Source: Octopus sinensis (taxonomy: Eukaryota). Taken from it: a stretch of 64,000 nt of DNA. Positions 39,090 to 52,455 of this stretch are shown here, one piece after another. Each line of letters starts with the position of its first letter. The stretch's first letter is position 1. The position numbers and the translations under genes were made by a program. Under the pieces are notes generated by a model. That model searched no databases. It was not told the origin of the DNA and saw only the letters and a list, made by a program, of their open reading frames with translations. The DNA lies in the NCBI RefSeq assembly GCF_006345805.1, contig NC_043000.1:48112001-48176000 (forward strand). The letters are read 5' to 3'.

Positions 39090-39664
39090 TATGTATGCAT
39101 GCATACAAGTGTGTGTATGCATGTATGTATGTGTATGTGTGTGCATATGTTTATATGCATGTGTGTACTTTAGTATGTATGTATTCTGCATATTCATGTG
39201 TTTGTGTGTTCAGGTTTATGTGCTTTTATGTGTGTGTGTTTGCATGCATATGTATAAGTGTACCTCTGTCTCCTTGTATGTGCATGTCTGAGTGTGTGTG
39301 TGTGTGTGTGTATGGCTTTTTGGGACTATGTACTGTGTATGTATGAATGAGTATCTCCTTACGTGTGGATGTGTGTCTCCATGTGTGTCCTTGTGTGAAG
39401 TGTGTGTGTACATAGTCATGTTTCAATCTTCATTTGCATATGTGTGTGCATTTGTGCTTGCCTCTTCATCTTATCTATGAACCTATCTGTCTGTATGTCT
39501 ATCTGTTTACATTCATATCCATTTGCCTACACATATATGCATACATACACACACATCTATATAACAGCCCACTAACTATTCTACCTGTATATAATCTGTG
39601 GGTATGGGGGTATGATTACCTACTACGTATATTTCCTATTTATTTCCAGGGATGTTGGGAATGT

Positions 39665-39722
<58 letters not shown>

Positions 39723-39932
39723 CATACTAAGTTCAGTTTTTTCCTATTTTTAAAAGCAAGTCTAACCCATGCCAGTATGGACCACGGACATTTGTCTAAT
39801 GATGATAATGATGATGAAAGACAGACACACACACACACACATACATTCATAAAATATGTATAAAAATATAAATATTCTTGTAAAGATGTATGAATGCATA
39901 TATCTATGTGTGTGTTTGTGGGTGTGTGCAAG

Positions 39933-39981
<49 letters not shown>

Positions 39982-40049
39982 GTATATGTATGTATGTATA
40001 TATATACACACATAAATGTATGTATATATACATACATATATATATAGAC

Positions 40050-40081
<32 letters not shown>

Positions 40082-40135
40082 GTATAAAAATATATATATA
40101 TGTGTATATATGTGTGAGTGTCTATGTGTGTGTAT

Positions 40136-40171
<36 letters not shown>

Positions 40172-40262
40172 CCCGTGCTAGCGCAGAAAACGGACGTTAA
40201 ACGATGATGATGATGATACACATATATGTGTGAGTGTCTGTGTGTGTGTATGTTTATATATA

Positions 40263-40323
<61 letters not shown>

Positions 40324-40561
40324 CAGCCTTGTTACATGTAATCTTTAGAAAATTAGTTTCATCATTGGACAGACAGCGTAGTATTTCTTCATTTTTAGAT
40401 TCACTAATCCCTGCTGAAATTTACAATGGAGTATGCTTCCTTAGAATAACCTAAAAGGAAAGCTGATTTCCCTTGGGATGTTTATTTGTATTCACTTATT
40501 TCAGATATACATAAACACACACACACACACTCACACACACACACTCACACACATATATATA

Positions 40562-40597
<36 letters not shown>

Positions 40598-40646
40598 AGC
40601 ATATGATATATATATATTATATATATATATACATATGCATATGATC

Positions 40647-40677
<31 letters not shown>

Positions 40678-40711
40678 TACATATTTATATATATATAGAG
40701 AGATATATAGA

Positions 40712-40773
<62 letters not shown>

Positions 40774-40930
40774 TACACATATATACTTATACATACATAT
40801 ACACACATATATATAATTATACATATGTATGTACACATGCACACATCTATACATATATGTATATACACATATTCTTATATACAATTATACATACACACAC
40901 ATATATAATTATACATTCACACACACAAAC
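39090..40930. repeat. Large low-complexity (TG)/(TA)/(CA)n region with short family C tails (39770, 40170)
   Basis: Direct read. Confidence 0.85.
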
Positions 40931-42214
40931 ATGTACATGCATACAAACATACTAGCATTAGTATTATTTCTGCTACTCTGTATATGGATGCACACCATGT
41001 TGCATACTAAGATAGAATTCGTTTTTACTGTTGTTGTTTCCTCTCTCCTGTCCATTTGTTCATCTATTTTAAGTCATTCCATTATCAATCAGATTACCAT
41101 CCAAGCTAATTGCATGAATGTGTCTAAGAATTGCATAACCTCCTTGTAGTAGTAGTAGTATTAGTAGTAGTAGTCTTATTGATTGAGAATAGCTGTGTGA
41201 ATAAGTTTATTGAAGTACACCAGCTCATAAATAAATGATCAGCTCAAATTCACTGCGGGTTGTCTTTGTTGTTGTTGTTGTTGTTGTAATTATTGTTACT
41301 GCTGTAGTTTAGCCACAGGTCATCTTTGATCGAGTAGACACAACATGAGTCATTGTCATTCCATTTTTGACCATCCCTTATTACTTGAAGTGCACTGTGT
41401 ATATTGAATGTACTCTTTTCTATTTAAGACAGCAAACAGCAGGGGCTTTGACTTCAGATAAATTTAGCTGCTATTTCTTGCAGATCAAATTTTGATGCTA
41501 CTTCTGTTTGCTTGAAATAAGCACTACCCTTATCCCTTATTTCTACCCATTTTAGCTTAGTCCTATTTGTGGTTATGTTTGTTGTTTAGGCCCAGCAAAA
41601 CTGTGATAAATAGATTTATGATAGAATGGGCTACATCCTTAACTCATGATATTCATTGGTACAGTGCACCCATAGCCACCTTATTGAATGTGTCCTTTCT
41701 CTAAGATTATCTCCTGATTTGCAAGAGATTTAACTGCTGTTTCAAACAAATCTTACTTTTAGGGAGTGTATGTATGGTTATTGTGTCTTTAATGCAAAAA
41801 AATATATATATATAATAATAATAATAATATGGTGTAATTTATGATATATTTGGCTGCTATTTCTTATAGAGGTTCTCTCATAATTAAGAGAGTGACAGAT
41901 TGACTGAGAAACATTAGAGCCTCAGACAAAATGCTTTGCAGCAATTATAATTGTTAATATAGTTGTGAGTTCAAAACATCATCATCATCATCATCGTTTA
42001 ACATTTGGTCACCATGCTGGCATTGGTTGGACAGTTTGACATGGAACTGGCTATCAGGGAGTTGTCTGGACCTCAACTTTCTGTTGTGACATGGTTTATA
42101 TAGATGGATGCCCTTCCTAATGACAGCCACTTAAGAGAGTGTGCTTGGTGTTTTTATGTGACACCAGTATGGTTGCATTAATGCAGCACCGGCATATATA
42201 TATATATATATCAT

Positions 42215-42591
42215 CATCATCGTCATTGTTTAGCGTCCGCTTTCCATGCTAGCATGGGTTGGACGGTTCAGCTGGGGTCTGGGAAGCCAGAAGGCTGCAC
42301 CAGGCTCAGTCTGATCTGGCAGTGTTTCTACGGCTGGATGCCCTTCCTAACGCCAACCACTCCGTGAGTGTAGTGGGTGCTTTTTACATGCCACCGGCAC
42401 AGGTGTCAGATGAGGCTGGCAAAGGCCACGATTGGATGGTGCTTTTTACGGGCCACTGACACGAGGCCAGTCGGGGCGGCGCTGGCAACAGCCACGTTCG
42501 AATGGTTCTCTTATGTACCACCGGCACTGGTATCACAGCTGCAATTTCCATTGATGTTGATCAATTTCGATTTTCACTTGCCTCAACAGGT
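42215..42591 (-). mobile_element. Family C non-LTR 3' UTR with GTGGCACGTAAAAAGCAC subrepeats
   Basis: Reverse complement of 17487/63093 copies, longer 5' extent. Confidence 0.82.
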
Positions 42592-42612
42592 ATATAATAT
42601 ATATATATATAT

Positions 42613-42990
42613 GCTACTGGAAGATAGTATAAATGCTGGTTGGAGAACAGTTCACTTTCTTGTAGAAGTTGGGTGCATGGGTTTTACTGGGACCAGACTG
42701 AGACAGTGACAGCTATCAATTAGTGTCCAGCATCAAGCAAGCAAACACCATCTTGAAGGAGATTCAGGCAGCAGTTGTGAGGGCCATGCATTGGATATGA
42801 CTGTAAAGAGATGATGAAACCTGGCTGAATAGGTGATGGTCCCAAAATTAACTTGAGGTCAAATACTAGTCAGTTGAAACAGTAAATAGAGCTTTACATC
42901 AGTGATGTTGGGGGTGGAGTCATTGAGAGGAAGGCCCCGAACAATGTGCCCTCTGTCTTGATGATCCCTGTAACCTTCCGAAATCTGCTA
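42613..42990 (+). mobile_element. HERO-like RLE C-terminus and 3' UTR
   Basis: LLEDSINAGWRTVHFLVEVGCMGFTG...(frameshift) ILKEIQAAVVRAMHWI; UTR TTGAGAGGAAGGCCCC..TGATGATCCC homologous to the 35630 copy. Confidence 0.7.
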
Positions 42991-43638
42991 TGTGGAGTTT
43001 TTGACTGACTGTTTTTGCACTGGCAAGCTTCATCCAAATCTGTAGCAATTATAGCACCTACTTCAATGTGCTGTGGTCTTACAAGATTGAAAATTTTTAG
43101 TTATAGATCCATCATAAAATTAGGGAAGGAATACAAATCCAAAATTATTAGGCTGGAAGAATTCCTTTTGAATTAGTCGAATGGTTATTCAAATCATCTT
43201 CAAAAGTATTTATCAGTATTTTATTCTATTGAACAAAATAGAGATATTTGATTGAAAATGTATATTTCCATTTATCTTCAATCAAAGAATAGATAAAAAT
43301 TATTTCGAAACTCTTTGAAACTTGAAAGCAAAGAAAATCTATAATAACAGGCAAATAAGTAATAAAAAATGTCTCTTTGATGTAATAAATGTTGTATTAA
43401 GGAAAAATGTCACTGTTATTTCATTTGTAAACATTATGTATCTAACAGTTCACACAAGGTATATTACTGGCTAAATCTTCTTGGCTAATTTAAAGATTTT
43501 ATCAAGCTTTAAAGTTAGGTGTCTTGTCAATCAGACAAATACACACACCAATATATATAACGCATACATATATGTGTATGTGTGTGTGCACGTACTTATA
43601 TGTATATATATATATATGTGTATCTATCTATCTATCTA

Positions 43639-43674
<36 letters not shown>

Positions 43675-44300
43675 CAAATTGTGAAGTCAGTTACGTAATA
43701 ATATGAAATTAGTTACCCTATAGTAAGAATTCAAATAAAGTAGACCCAAAAAGGGCTTTAATGCATTCCCAGGGTATATAGAACATAGGAGGAAATACTA
43801 ATAAGTTATGTATACTAAAATCGTGAAGCATGTTATGTAATAACAGGCTAATCAGATATGAGATAATAACAAGTCAAAATAAATAACTCTGAAAATAGCT
43901 TTTGTGCATTCCCAGAAAATATTACCCTCAGGGGCACTAGTGTTGATGTGTTCGTGAATATGTCACTAACCGAAATAAGTGGATCCATTGTTCAGGAAAA
44001 TACTATTTACTTGTTTTAGGGTTGTACTGGAGAAATTGTAAAAATAACTCTAACAGTTCTAATGCTAAGAAATAATCATTCTGTGGTCCAACCATTAAAA
44101 TGAGTACATGATAATTTTTATAGGCAATCAGGACTAGGCTAATGCACATACATACACATGCGTGCACACACACACACACACACTAAATGATTGAACAATT
44201 GTCATTAAGCTTGTTTAATTTATATATTTGTTCACCTATTCCTTTCCTATACACACACACACACACATATGTATATATATATACATACATATATATATAC

Positions 44301-44505
44301 ATTCAAAATGTGACCGCATGTGTACCGTTGGCGATTTTTTTTCCTCTGTCTTCCCTTCTCTGGATCTTTCCTTCTCCTATGTTTCCGACGAAGAGCTTCG
44401 CTCGAAACATTAAACCCTCCTTCTTTCCTGAGCGTCCAATAATACTATATTTGTTCCACGTCCTCGTGTTGTTATGTTTTTTGTGCTTTCTTGTTTGGAT
44501 TAACC
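44301..44505 (+). mobile_element. ~200-bp hammerhead-containing element (sister of 13296-13495)
   Basis: ATTCAAAATGTGACCG...TTTGGATTAAC; TA-rich flanks. Confidence 0.8.
44381..44415 (+). ncRNA. Minimal hammerhead motif
   Basis: GTTT CCGACGA A GAGC ttc GCTC GAAA CATT AAAC. Confidence 0.7.
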
Positions 44506-44574
44506 ATATATATATCTACATGTGTACATATATATACATATATACACACACATGCATATATATATGTTGTTTTA

Positions 44575-44790
44575 TTCTTTTACTTGTTTCAGTCATTTGA
44601 TTGCAACCATGCTGGAGCACTGACTTGGAGCATTTTTGTCGAATAATTTGACCCCAGGACTTATTTTTAAGCCTAGTACTTATTATATTAATTCCTTTGG
44701 TGAACCATTAAGTTACAGGGACATAAGCACACCAACACCGGTTGTCAAGCAATAATGGGGAGACAAACAGAGACACAAAGACACACACAC

Positions 44791-44841
<51 letters not shown>

Positions 44842-45009
44842 TACACAATGGGCTTCTTTCAATTTCCGTCTACCAAATACACTTACAATGCTTTGATTGG
44901 CCTTAGGCTATAGCAGGAGATACTTACCCAGGGTGCTACACAGTGGAACTGAACCTGGAACCATCTGGTTTGGAAGCAAGCTTCTTACCACATAGCTACG
45001 TCTGCACCT
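44575..45009 (-). mobile_element. SINE family A, full length
   Basis: Reverse complement of 28169. Confidence 0.88.
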
Positions 45010-45489
45010 CTGCAAGATATAGGCTTGGGCAAAGATTTCGTGGAAGACTAGCTGTTGCCCATGTACATAAGTCTTCCCAATTCTTGCCACAGATGCAGTT
45101 CTAGGGTAAATCTCAATAATCATTACAGACGATACAGTTCCTTGGCAGGATGTGAGCTCATGGTACAGGGAGTTGGAGCAAATACTGCAAGATATTTTCT
45201 CCAGTTTCAGTTTACTGTTTATCTACCAGATATTACAAAACATAGAAAAGGCACAGAGAGAGGGAGAAGGAGAGAGAGATTAATAAAATCTTTAATGCCG
45301 CTTTATTCTAATAAGCTAAGGAAGCCCACTTAACCAATGACTGCATTTTTTTTTTTTTTGAGGAAATATTTTTCAGTCATTGCTTTCAGTAAATGTTTAT
45401 ACAGTGATACAGTGGCCTTCCTGCTTATGTATAACATAAACATGAATTTTAAGAATTAGTTTTTTATCAGATATTTTAATCCTTTATTA

Positions 45490-45922
45490 GTTTCAGTCAC
45501 TCAGTTCCTTTACTAATATTCCTTTACTAGTTGCAGCCATGCTGGAGCACTGCCTTGAACAAATCTACCCAAGGACTTACTTTTCAACCCTAGTACTTAT
45601 TCTATCAGTCCCTTTTGCTGAACCACTAAGTTAGGGGGACTTAAACAGACCAACTCTGGCTGTCAAGAGGTGATGGTGGGGGAGAAACACACACACGCAC
45701 ACACACACACATGCACGCACACACGCACACACACACACATGCGATGGGCTTCTTTCAGTTTCTGTCTACTATCACAGACACAAAGATACAAAAACACACA
45801 AACATATATGATGAGCTTCTTTCAGATTCCTTCTAGCAAATCCGCTCACAAGGTTTTTGTTGACTTGAGGCTATAGTAGAAGACACTTGCCCAATGAACC
45901 ACACAGTGGTTGGGAAGCAAGC
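45490..45922 (-). mobile_element. SINE family A, rearranged
   Basis: Reverse complement of 28169 with duplicated GCTTCTTTCAG segment. Confidence 0.8.
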
Positions 45923-46774
45923 TTCTTACCACATAGCCACGCTGACTTTAAGGCCTTTTGAGAATTATACTGCAGCCTAATTTATGCTACAATCATAGAA
46001 CGGGAGCCCCTGTTATACAGTAGCTTCCTGATCTCCATATTACAACAATGAACTAAGTCTCTATTGTATCTATTTACAGCTACATGGTCTGAAGTATTAG
46101 AAGTTTAATGTATTTACAAAGTACACAGTTTTAGTTCCGATCATTATCCAATGTGCATCATTGATTTCAGTTGGTAAGTCAACATTGCATTGGCTTGACT
46201 TACTGTGCATCTCCATCAGAAGAGTACGATAATCAATTATTTTCCTCATATTTTGATTAAAATAATTTAATAATATCGAGGGTAAAAATTATAATTTAAC
46301 ATAATTCTTCTTTATGAATAAATTTGAAATATTCAATGTAATTAAAAAAAAAAAAAAAATCAGAATTAAATTTATAAAAATTTGAATTTATGATATTTAT
46401 TTAAAGATTTAATGCTTTTCGTATTCATGTTCTGGGTAAATCTTGTCAGCATCGTCTGAATAAATCTATACTCACTATAATCATTGTGCTTGCTGACAAT
46501 ATAATTCATCAATCAATGTTGTTGTGCTCTTGTTTGGTGCTACATCAGTTCTCATGAAGAATGCTGATCATCAAAGCAATCGAGCCATGACCATCCCATT
46601 TATTTTGTTGATTTTTATATTTTATTTGGTCATGCTTGCTTTATTTTTGAGATGGTTGGATGTGTATGAATAGAGATTCAGCTGTTATTTCTAGCAACCG
46701 ATCAAGCAATTATATAAATCTACAACAGTCTCATTATCAGAGGGCATGTTAAACAAAGATAATTTACTTTTTAT

Positions 46775-47341
46775 CTATTGTTTGTTTCAGTCATTGGACT
46801 GCAGCCATGCTGAGGCACCACCTTGAAGGGTTTTAGTCAAACAAATCAACCCCTGTGCTTTTATTTTTCAACCCTTGTGCATTCAGATTACTCTGTTAAA
46901 TGTAATTCTTATTTATACAGATAGTTTTGAATTAATCATGCATTATATTGTCACTTCAAGATTTTGATGAAGTGATTGTTTATTTTTTGATGGACATTGC
47001 TGGGTAGGTGTGAGAGGCTAGATCTGGCCAATTTGAGCATGAAACCAGTAGAATATTTGGGCTGGATATGGTCAGGTAGTTATTTTTGGTCTCTTATGCC
47101 GAACTGCTAAATTACAGGGGTGTAAACACATAAACAAATACCAGTCAGCAAGAAATCAATGGTGGAGGACAGAAAGACAGACAGACACACACACACACAC
47201 ATATGCACACACAATGGGCTTCTTTCGGTTTCTGTCTACCAAATGCACTCACAAGTCTTTGGTTGACCCAGTGCTGTAGTAGAAGACACCTGCCTAAGGT
47301 GCAGAGGGCCTGAACCTGGAACTGTGCATTTGGGAAGCAAG
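46775..47341 (-). mobile_element. SINE family A interrupted by TTAA-MITE sequence (46869-47075)
   Basis: SINE sequence resumes at GTAGTTATT..GGTCTCTTATGCCGAAC after the MITE segment. Confidence 0.75.
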
Positions 47342-47655
47342 TTTCAAAATATGTTCTTCTCTTTTACAAATGATAGGGAATTCATGGAAAGAGATTTAAC
47401 TCTTCTACAGTAAATGGTATCAAACTAATCAAATCATTTAAGCATCTGATAGAAACTAATGCGTTATTGATTGTAACTCACTGCAATCTGAGTTCAAATC
47501 CTACCTGAATCAAATTTGCTTTTTGCACTTTGGGATTTAATCAAAGCGCTACTTTAATTTAAGAAACTTTTTGTATATAATTGTATATAATTGTTATCGC
47601 CATATTAATATGGCATTCTTATAGAGACTTAATAATTTTAATATTTCTATTTTTG

Positions 47656-47716
<61 letters not shown>

Positions 47717-48129
47717 ACCCCACAATTGCTTGCCAACTGGTGTTAGTTTGTTAATGTGTTTATGTCCCTTAGTGACTCATTGCAATTTGAGTCCAAATCC
47801 TGCCTGGTTCAAATTTGCTTTCTGCACTTTTGGATTTAATTAAAGTACCATTCCAGTACTGGGATTGATTCTTCTTCCTTCCTCACTCCCTCCAACTCTT
47901 TCTCCCTCTTTTTGCAACCCCTTTCTTTGGATTGTTCCTATAATTCAAATATTCAGGTTTCTCATGTTGTGTGACACCAATTATAATCCCTTAGCATTCA
48001 GATTACTTTGTCAAATCTAATACTTATTTATTCCAATCTGGCTAGTTTGAACATAACACAGCTAGAATATTTTGGCTAAAGGGTTAAGGTATCTTCATTT
48101 GTTCAAGGCACCCCATAAGTTTCTTGTTT

Positions 48130-48371
48130 AATCATTGGTGTGAGAGGCTGGTATGAGAGATCAGATCAGATGTGAGAGGCTGGATCTGGTATGAGAGGCT
48201 GGATCTGGAGTGAGAGGCTGGATTTGGCATGGGAAGCCTGATCTGGTGTGAGAGGCTAGATCTGGCATGAGAGGCTGGATCTGGTGTTGGAGGCCAGATC
48301 TGGTCAGTTTGATCATAAAACAGGCAGACTGTTTGGGTCAAATATGGCCAGTCTAAATGCTAAAGGGATAA
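48130..48371. mobile_element. TTAA-MITE right half with ~19-bp tandem expansion (TGAGAGGCTGGATCTGGYR)
   Basis: About 8-9 units, then ...AAATGCTAAAGGGATAA terminus. Confidence 0.75.
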
Positions 48372-51217
48372 ACCATAGAATTTTGTCCACTGATTCGACC
48401 TTAGATTGGCATGTATAGTACTCATACTTGCTTAATACTCCAACCATTTATGCACTAATTTCACAAGCCAGCAAGCAACCCAGTATGGTCAAACAAGCAA
48501 ATGCTCATCATAGAGACCGATGAAGAATCCTCTGTTAGCCCTTGAGATTTCTGTATTCTTACTCTAATGTGAAATACAGAGTTTTCATACTCCATAAATA
48601 TATAAATATATAACCATTTTCATAAATATATTAGTTATTAAAACAATTCAGAATTTTCCCAGTGAGTGTCTTTTAATATTTAACCTATTTATTATATTTC
48701 AATATAATTTTTGAAAAATGCTGCTATTTATGTAATCACATTTGAATTTTCAGTATTTGATTAATATTTTCAATGCAATATATTTATATTTATCTCTTTA
48801 TTTTCTAAGTTAATTATGAATTGTTAAGATGAATGAGAAAATTCAACATGAATGATGCTTTAATGTGAAACATTTAATGAACAGACTTAAATTATTCAAC
48901 TTTTGAATGTAGGTTTTATTTATTTAATTATGTATTTATTTATTTATTTATCTATTTTGATTTTTTTTACTGCATTTAACAAATCATGTAAGCTCTAGTT
49001 TCAGTTTTTCATTAATATTAGAAGCTAAAATCTCTATAGATGATGTGTACCTGTACACATACATACATACATACATATATATATATATGTATATATTTGT
49101 ACACATAGATATAAATTCATATAATTATTTATGTATAAACATACATGTGTGTGTATGTGTGTATATATATGTGAGTGTGTTTATGTATGTGTGTGTGTGT
49201 GTATATATATATATATTTATATATATATGAATTATTTATTTTTATCTTCTTTCTTTTTTCTCCCCATTTTTCAAATGTTTATCCTTCAAAATATTTATAA
49301 AGTCAAAGAACCAGTCATGAAGAACAAATTGTTTGTATATTTTTCTGAATCAGTTTAAATTCTATCAGTATTTAAAATATTTAGTCAGCTGTAAGCTTCT
49401 TGTATTGATAAAATATCACATATATTTCAGTACAATACATGAGTGTATTGTAAGATTATTTAAGAATAAATTCTGGTTTTTCTTTCATAGAAACTCACTT
49501 GCAACACTTGAGTAGCATTCTTCAGAAAAGATTTTCTAAGAAAATATTTCAATATATCTGGGAAAGAGAAAAAGTGGTCTGGCTATATTTAAATAATTCT
49601 AGTAGATAGTGATGCACTGTATAATTTATGCAGAAAATTCTAAATTAATTGAAATTTGTCTCTTAGTTGGTGAAAAAAACGTAAAAGGTCTTAGAATCTA
49701 TCAAAGAAAATAGCAGATAATTTCAAGAACTGAAGAATTAATTTCACAGAAAATTTAATCTTTATTCTAATTTCGATCTTTATCAGCAGGCTAAAGACAT
49801 GTTTCTTCCTTATTAGATCTCATCAGTGGAGCATAATTTTCTCCGGTAATCTAACTGAGTTGATGAACTTTTTATAGAAGAGTCACATACTGTTTTGGCC
49901 AGTAGTGAGCTAAGGGAAATAACTGAAGTAGACCAATGACATGAATTTAGATGCTTAAGGCATTGAGAAAATTTTCAATAAATTGAAATTTAGCTCTTAG
50001 CTTGCATAAGGAAACAAAAAACCTTACAGCAATTGTTAACCGCTTGCAAAGAAATGAGAAAATAATTTCAAGAACTTATGAATTAATTTCACTGAAAATT
50101 TAATTTTCATGCTTAGGGGTAAAAAAAAAATCTGAAGCTAAAAGAAGAAAAGAGCACAGAAAGGAGTTGGGCATGGTTGGAAGGAAGATGGGTGAGTAGA
50201 AAATGGGAGTTCAAAAGGGTTTAATCAGACTTATTCATCATCTGAGAAAAATTTCCATGTTTTGAAAGGCTGAAATATTTCAAATTACCATATTTGATTT
50301 ACTATTTGAAAACCATATTTCTTTTTTCTTTCATATGCCGTTGTCAAGGGGAGAAAAGGAAAGCGCATTGCTTGGATTAATGATATGTGATCTGAGAGAG
50401 AGAGGTTGGTTGGTAGAGTGAATGTTGTTTTTGCAGAAGTCAAAAAGTCAGCAGTAAGAGGCAGTGAGGAAACATAGGATGGATAGAGGTTAGTTGAATG
50501 AAATGGTTATTATGAGATAAGGGGAAGAGAAAAAAAAGTGACGCGGGGTGGGGTGGGGTGGGGGAGAAAAAAAGGGGAAAAGGGATTCAGCATGTTATTT
50601 CATGGACATCCTTAAAGGGCTGAAATGACTCAGAAAAATGTGTGTAGTAAAGTTCATTGCTTATTGTTAAAATATAATCAGGAGATTCAGTGTCAAAAGA
50701 AATTATTACAGTGACAGTTAAAGAAGATTTATATGGCAGCTTGGATGATGAACTGACATATTCATCATTAGCAATTCATAAGCTTTTTATGTAAGAAATT
50801 TGCCACATTAAAATACATGGGACTAAAAATATCATGCAATGGTACAAGTCAAGCAGTCAAAATAAATACAGAACTATAAAATAACAAGAAAAATTTGAGT
50901 CAAGAAATCACCATCATCATCGTCATCATCATCTTCATCAATTTAATGTCTACTTTTCCATTCTTGCATGAGTTAGATGTACTGTACATAAGGCATATTT
51001 TCTATGGTCAGATTTTCTGTTGTCAGTTCTCACCTGTTTCCAAACAAGGTTCTATTTCTCCATCATCAGACATGGTCTCACAGAATATTGGAAATGTGAG
51101 GCACTTTTTGTATAATAGTGACAATAATTTATAACTATAACATGATTTCATTGCAAGGACACACACACACACATGTCAACATGGAAAATGACATTAAATA
51201 ATGAGGATATATATACA

Positions 51218-51355
<138 letters not shown>

Positions 51356-51362
51356 ATATATA

Positions 51363-51669
51363 TGGAGGTGCAATGGCCCTGTGGTTAGGGCAGCGGACTC
51401 ATGGTTGTAGGATCGCGGTTTCGATTCCCAGACCGGGCATTGTGAGTGTTTATTGAGCAAAAATACCTAAAGCTCCATGAGGCTCCGACAGGGGATGGTG
51501 GCGATCCCTGCTGTACTCTTTCGCCACAACTTTCTCTCACTCTTTCTTCTATTGGCCTGCTTGCTTAGCCAGCAGGGTGGCATCATTTGAAGGCTAAAAC
51601 AATGTGAAGCCCATTGTGACCAGCGATGTGTAGCAACGTCTGATAGCCTGGTCGGTCACGGTGATCACG

Positions 51670-51673
<4 letters not shown>
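51363..51673 (+). mobile_element. tRNA-derived SINE family D inserted in (TA)n
   Basis: Head GGAGGTGCAATGGCCCTGTGGTTAGGGCAGCGGACTC...GGTTTCGATTCCCAGACC; (TA)n on both flanks. Confidence 0.85.
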
Positions 51674-51704
<31 letters not shown>

Positions 51705-51797
51705 GCACACACACAATACTAGAGGATAAAACTTTTTAAAAAATTATCAGTGGCCCGCATATAAAACGAAACCAATTAAGGTGAAAATTATATGAAT

Positions 51798-52110
51798 AAT
51801 TATAATAAGGGTGTAGAAAGATTTTCTGGCCTGTATGCTGAGAAATAGACGCTAAATCATCTCACTACCCCTGTGAGTATATATAAATATTTCATTTATT
51901 TCTATTAGCATATTCTGCTGAAGACGGAGAGCCTCTGGGCAAACCCAGAAATTAGGCTAATACAGAACTATCTATTTTATTAAAAATTTCCGTTAGCTTG
52001 TTGCTTTGAATTCAACACATGTGTTTGTGACTTCTTTGAGTGGTGAGATGATTTTGTGTCTATTTCTCAGCATATAGGCTAGAAAATTTTCCTAAGCCCT
52101 TATTATAATT
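51798..52110 (+). mobile_element. Hammerhead element bounded by 73-bp inverted repeats (PLE inverted-pLTR-like)
   Basis: 51798-51870 vs 52038-52110 roughly 85% reverse-complementary; hammerhead between them. Confidence 0.75.
51913..51967 (+). ncRNA. Type I hammerhead motif, catalytic core intact, irregular stem II
   Basis: TTCTG CTGAAGA [51925-47, ending in TGGG-caaa-CCCA] GAAA; stem III ATTAG-g-CTAAT; AUA site 51962; CAGAA. Confidence 0.7.
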
Positions 52111-52455
52111 ACACACAGATACACACACATATTTATACACATACAATATGCTTCTTTCAGTTTCTGTCTCCAAGATCCACTCACAGGACTATAGAAGAAG
52201 GCACTTGCCAAAAATACCATACAGTAAGACTAAACTCAGAATTATGTGGCTGGAAAACCAACTTCATACTGCACAGTCACATTCATTCCTTCAATTGATT
52301 TGAAGTAGCAACCAAATACCTTCAAATCTCACTTTGGTGTCATAGAACAGGAAGGTAAATAGGAAATGCAGTCCTACATTTATTGTCTCAAAAACAAAAT
52401 AGATTGGTTAAGACTGCTATTCTTTTGATTTATCACTCAATTCCATTGAGGTTAA

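Noticed and set aside
48510-48570. CCGATGAAG...GAGA hammerhead-like motif
   Set aside because: GAAA absent and stems not supported.
51363-51435. Genuine tRNA gene (also 22116 and 28169 heads)
   Set aside because: Continues directly into SINE/pLTR bodies and lacks a proper acceptor stem and terminator.
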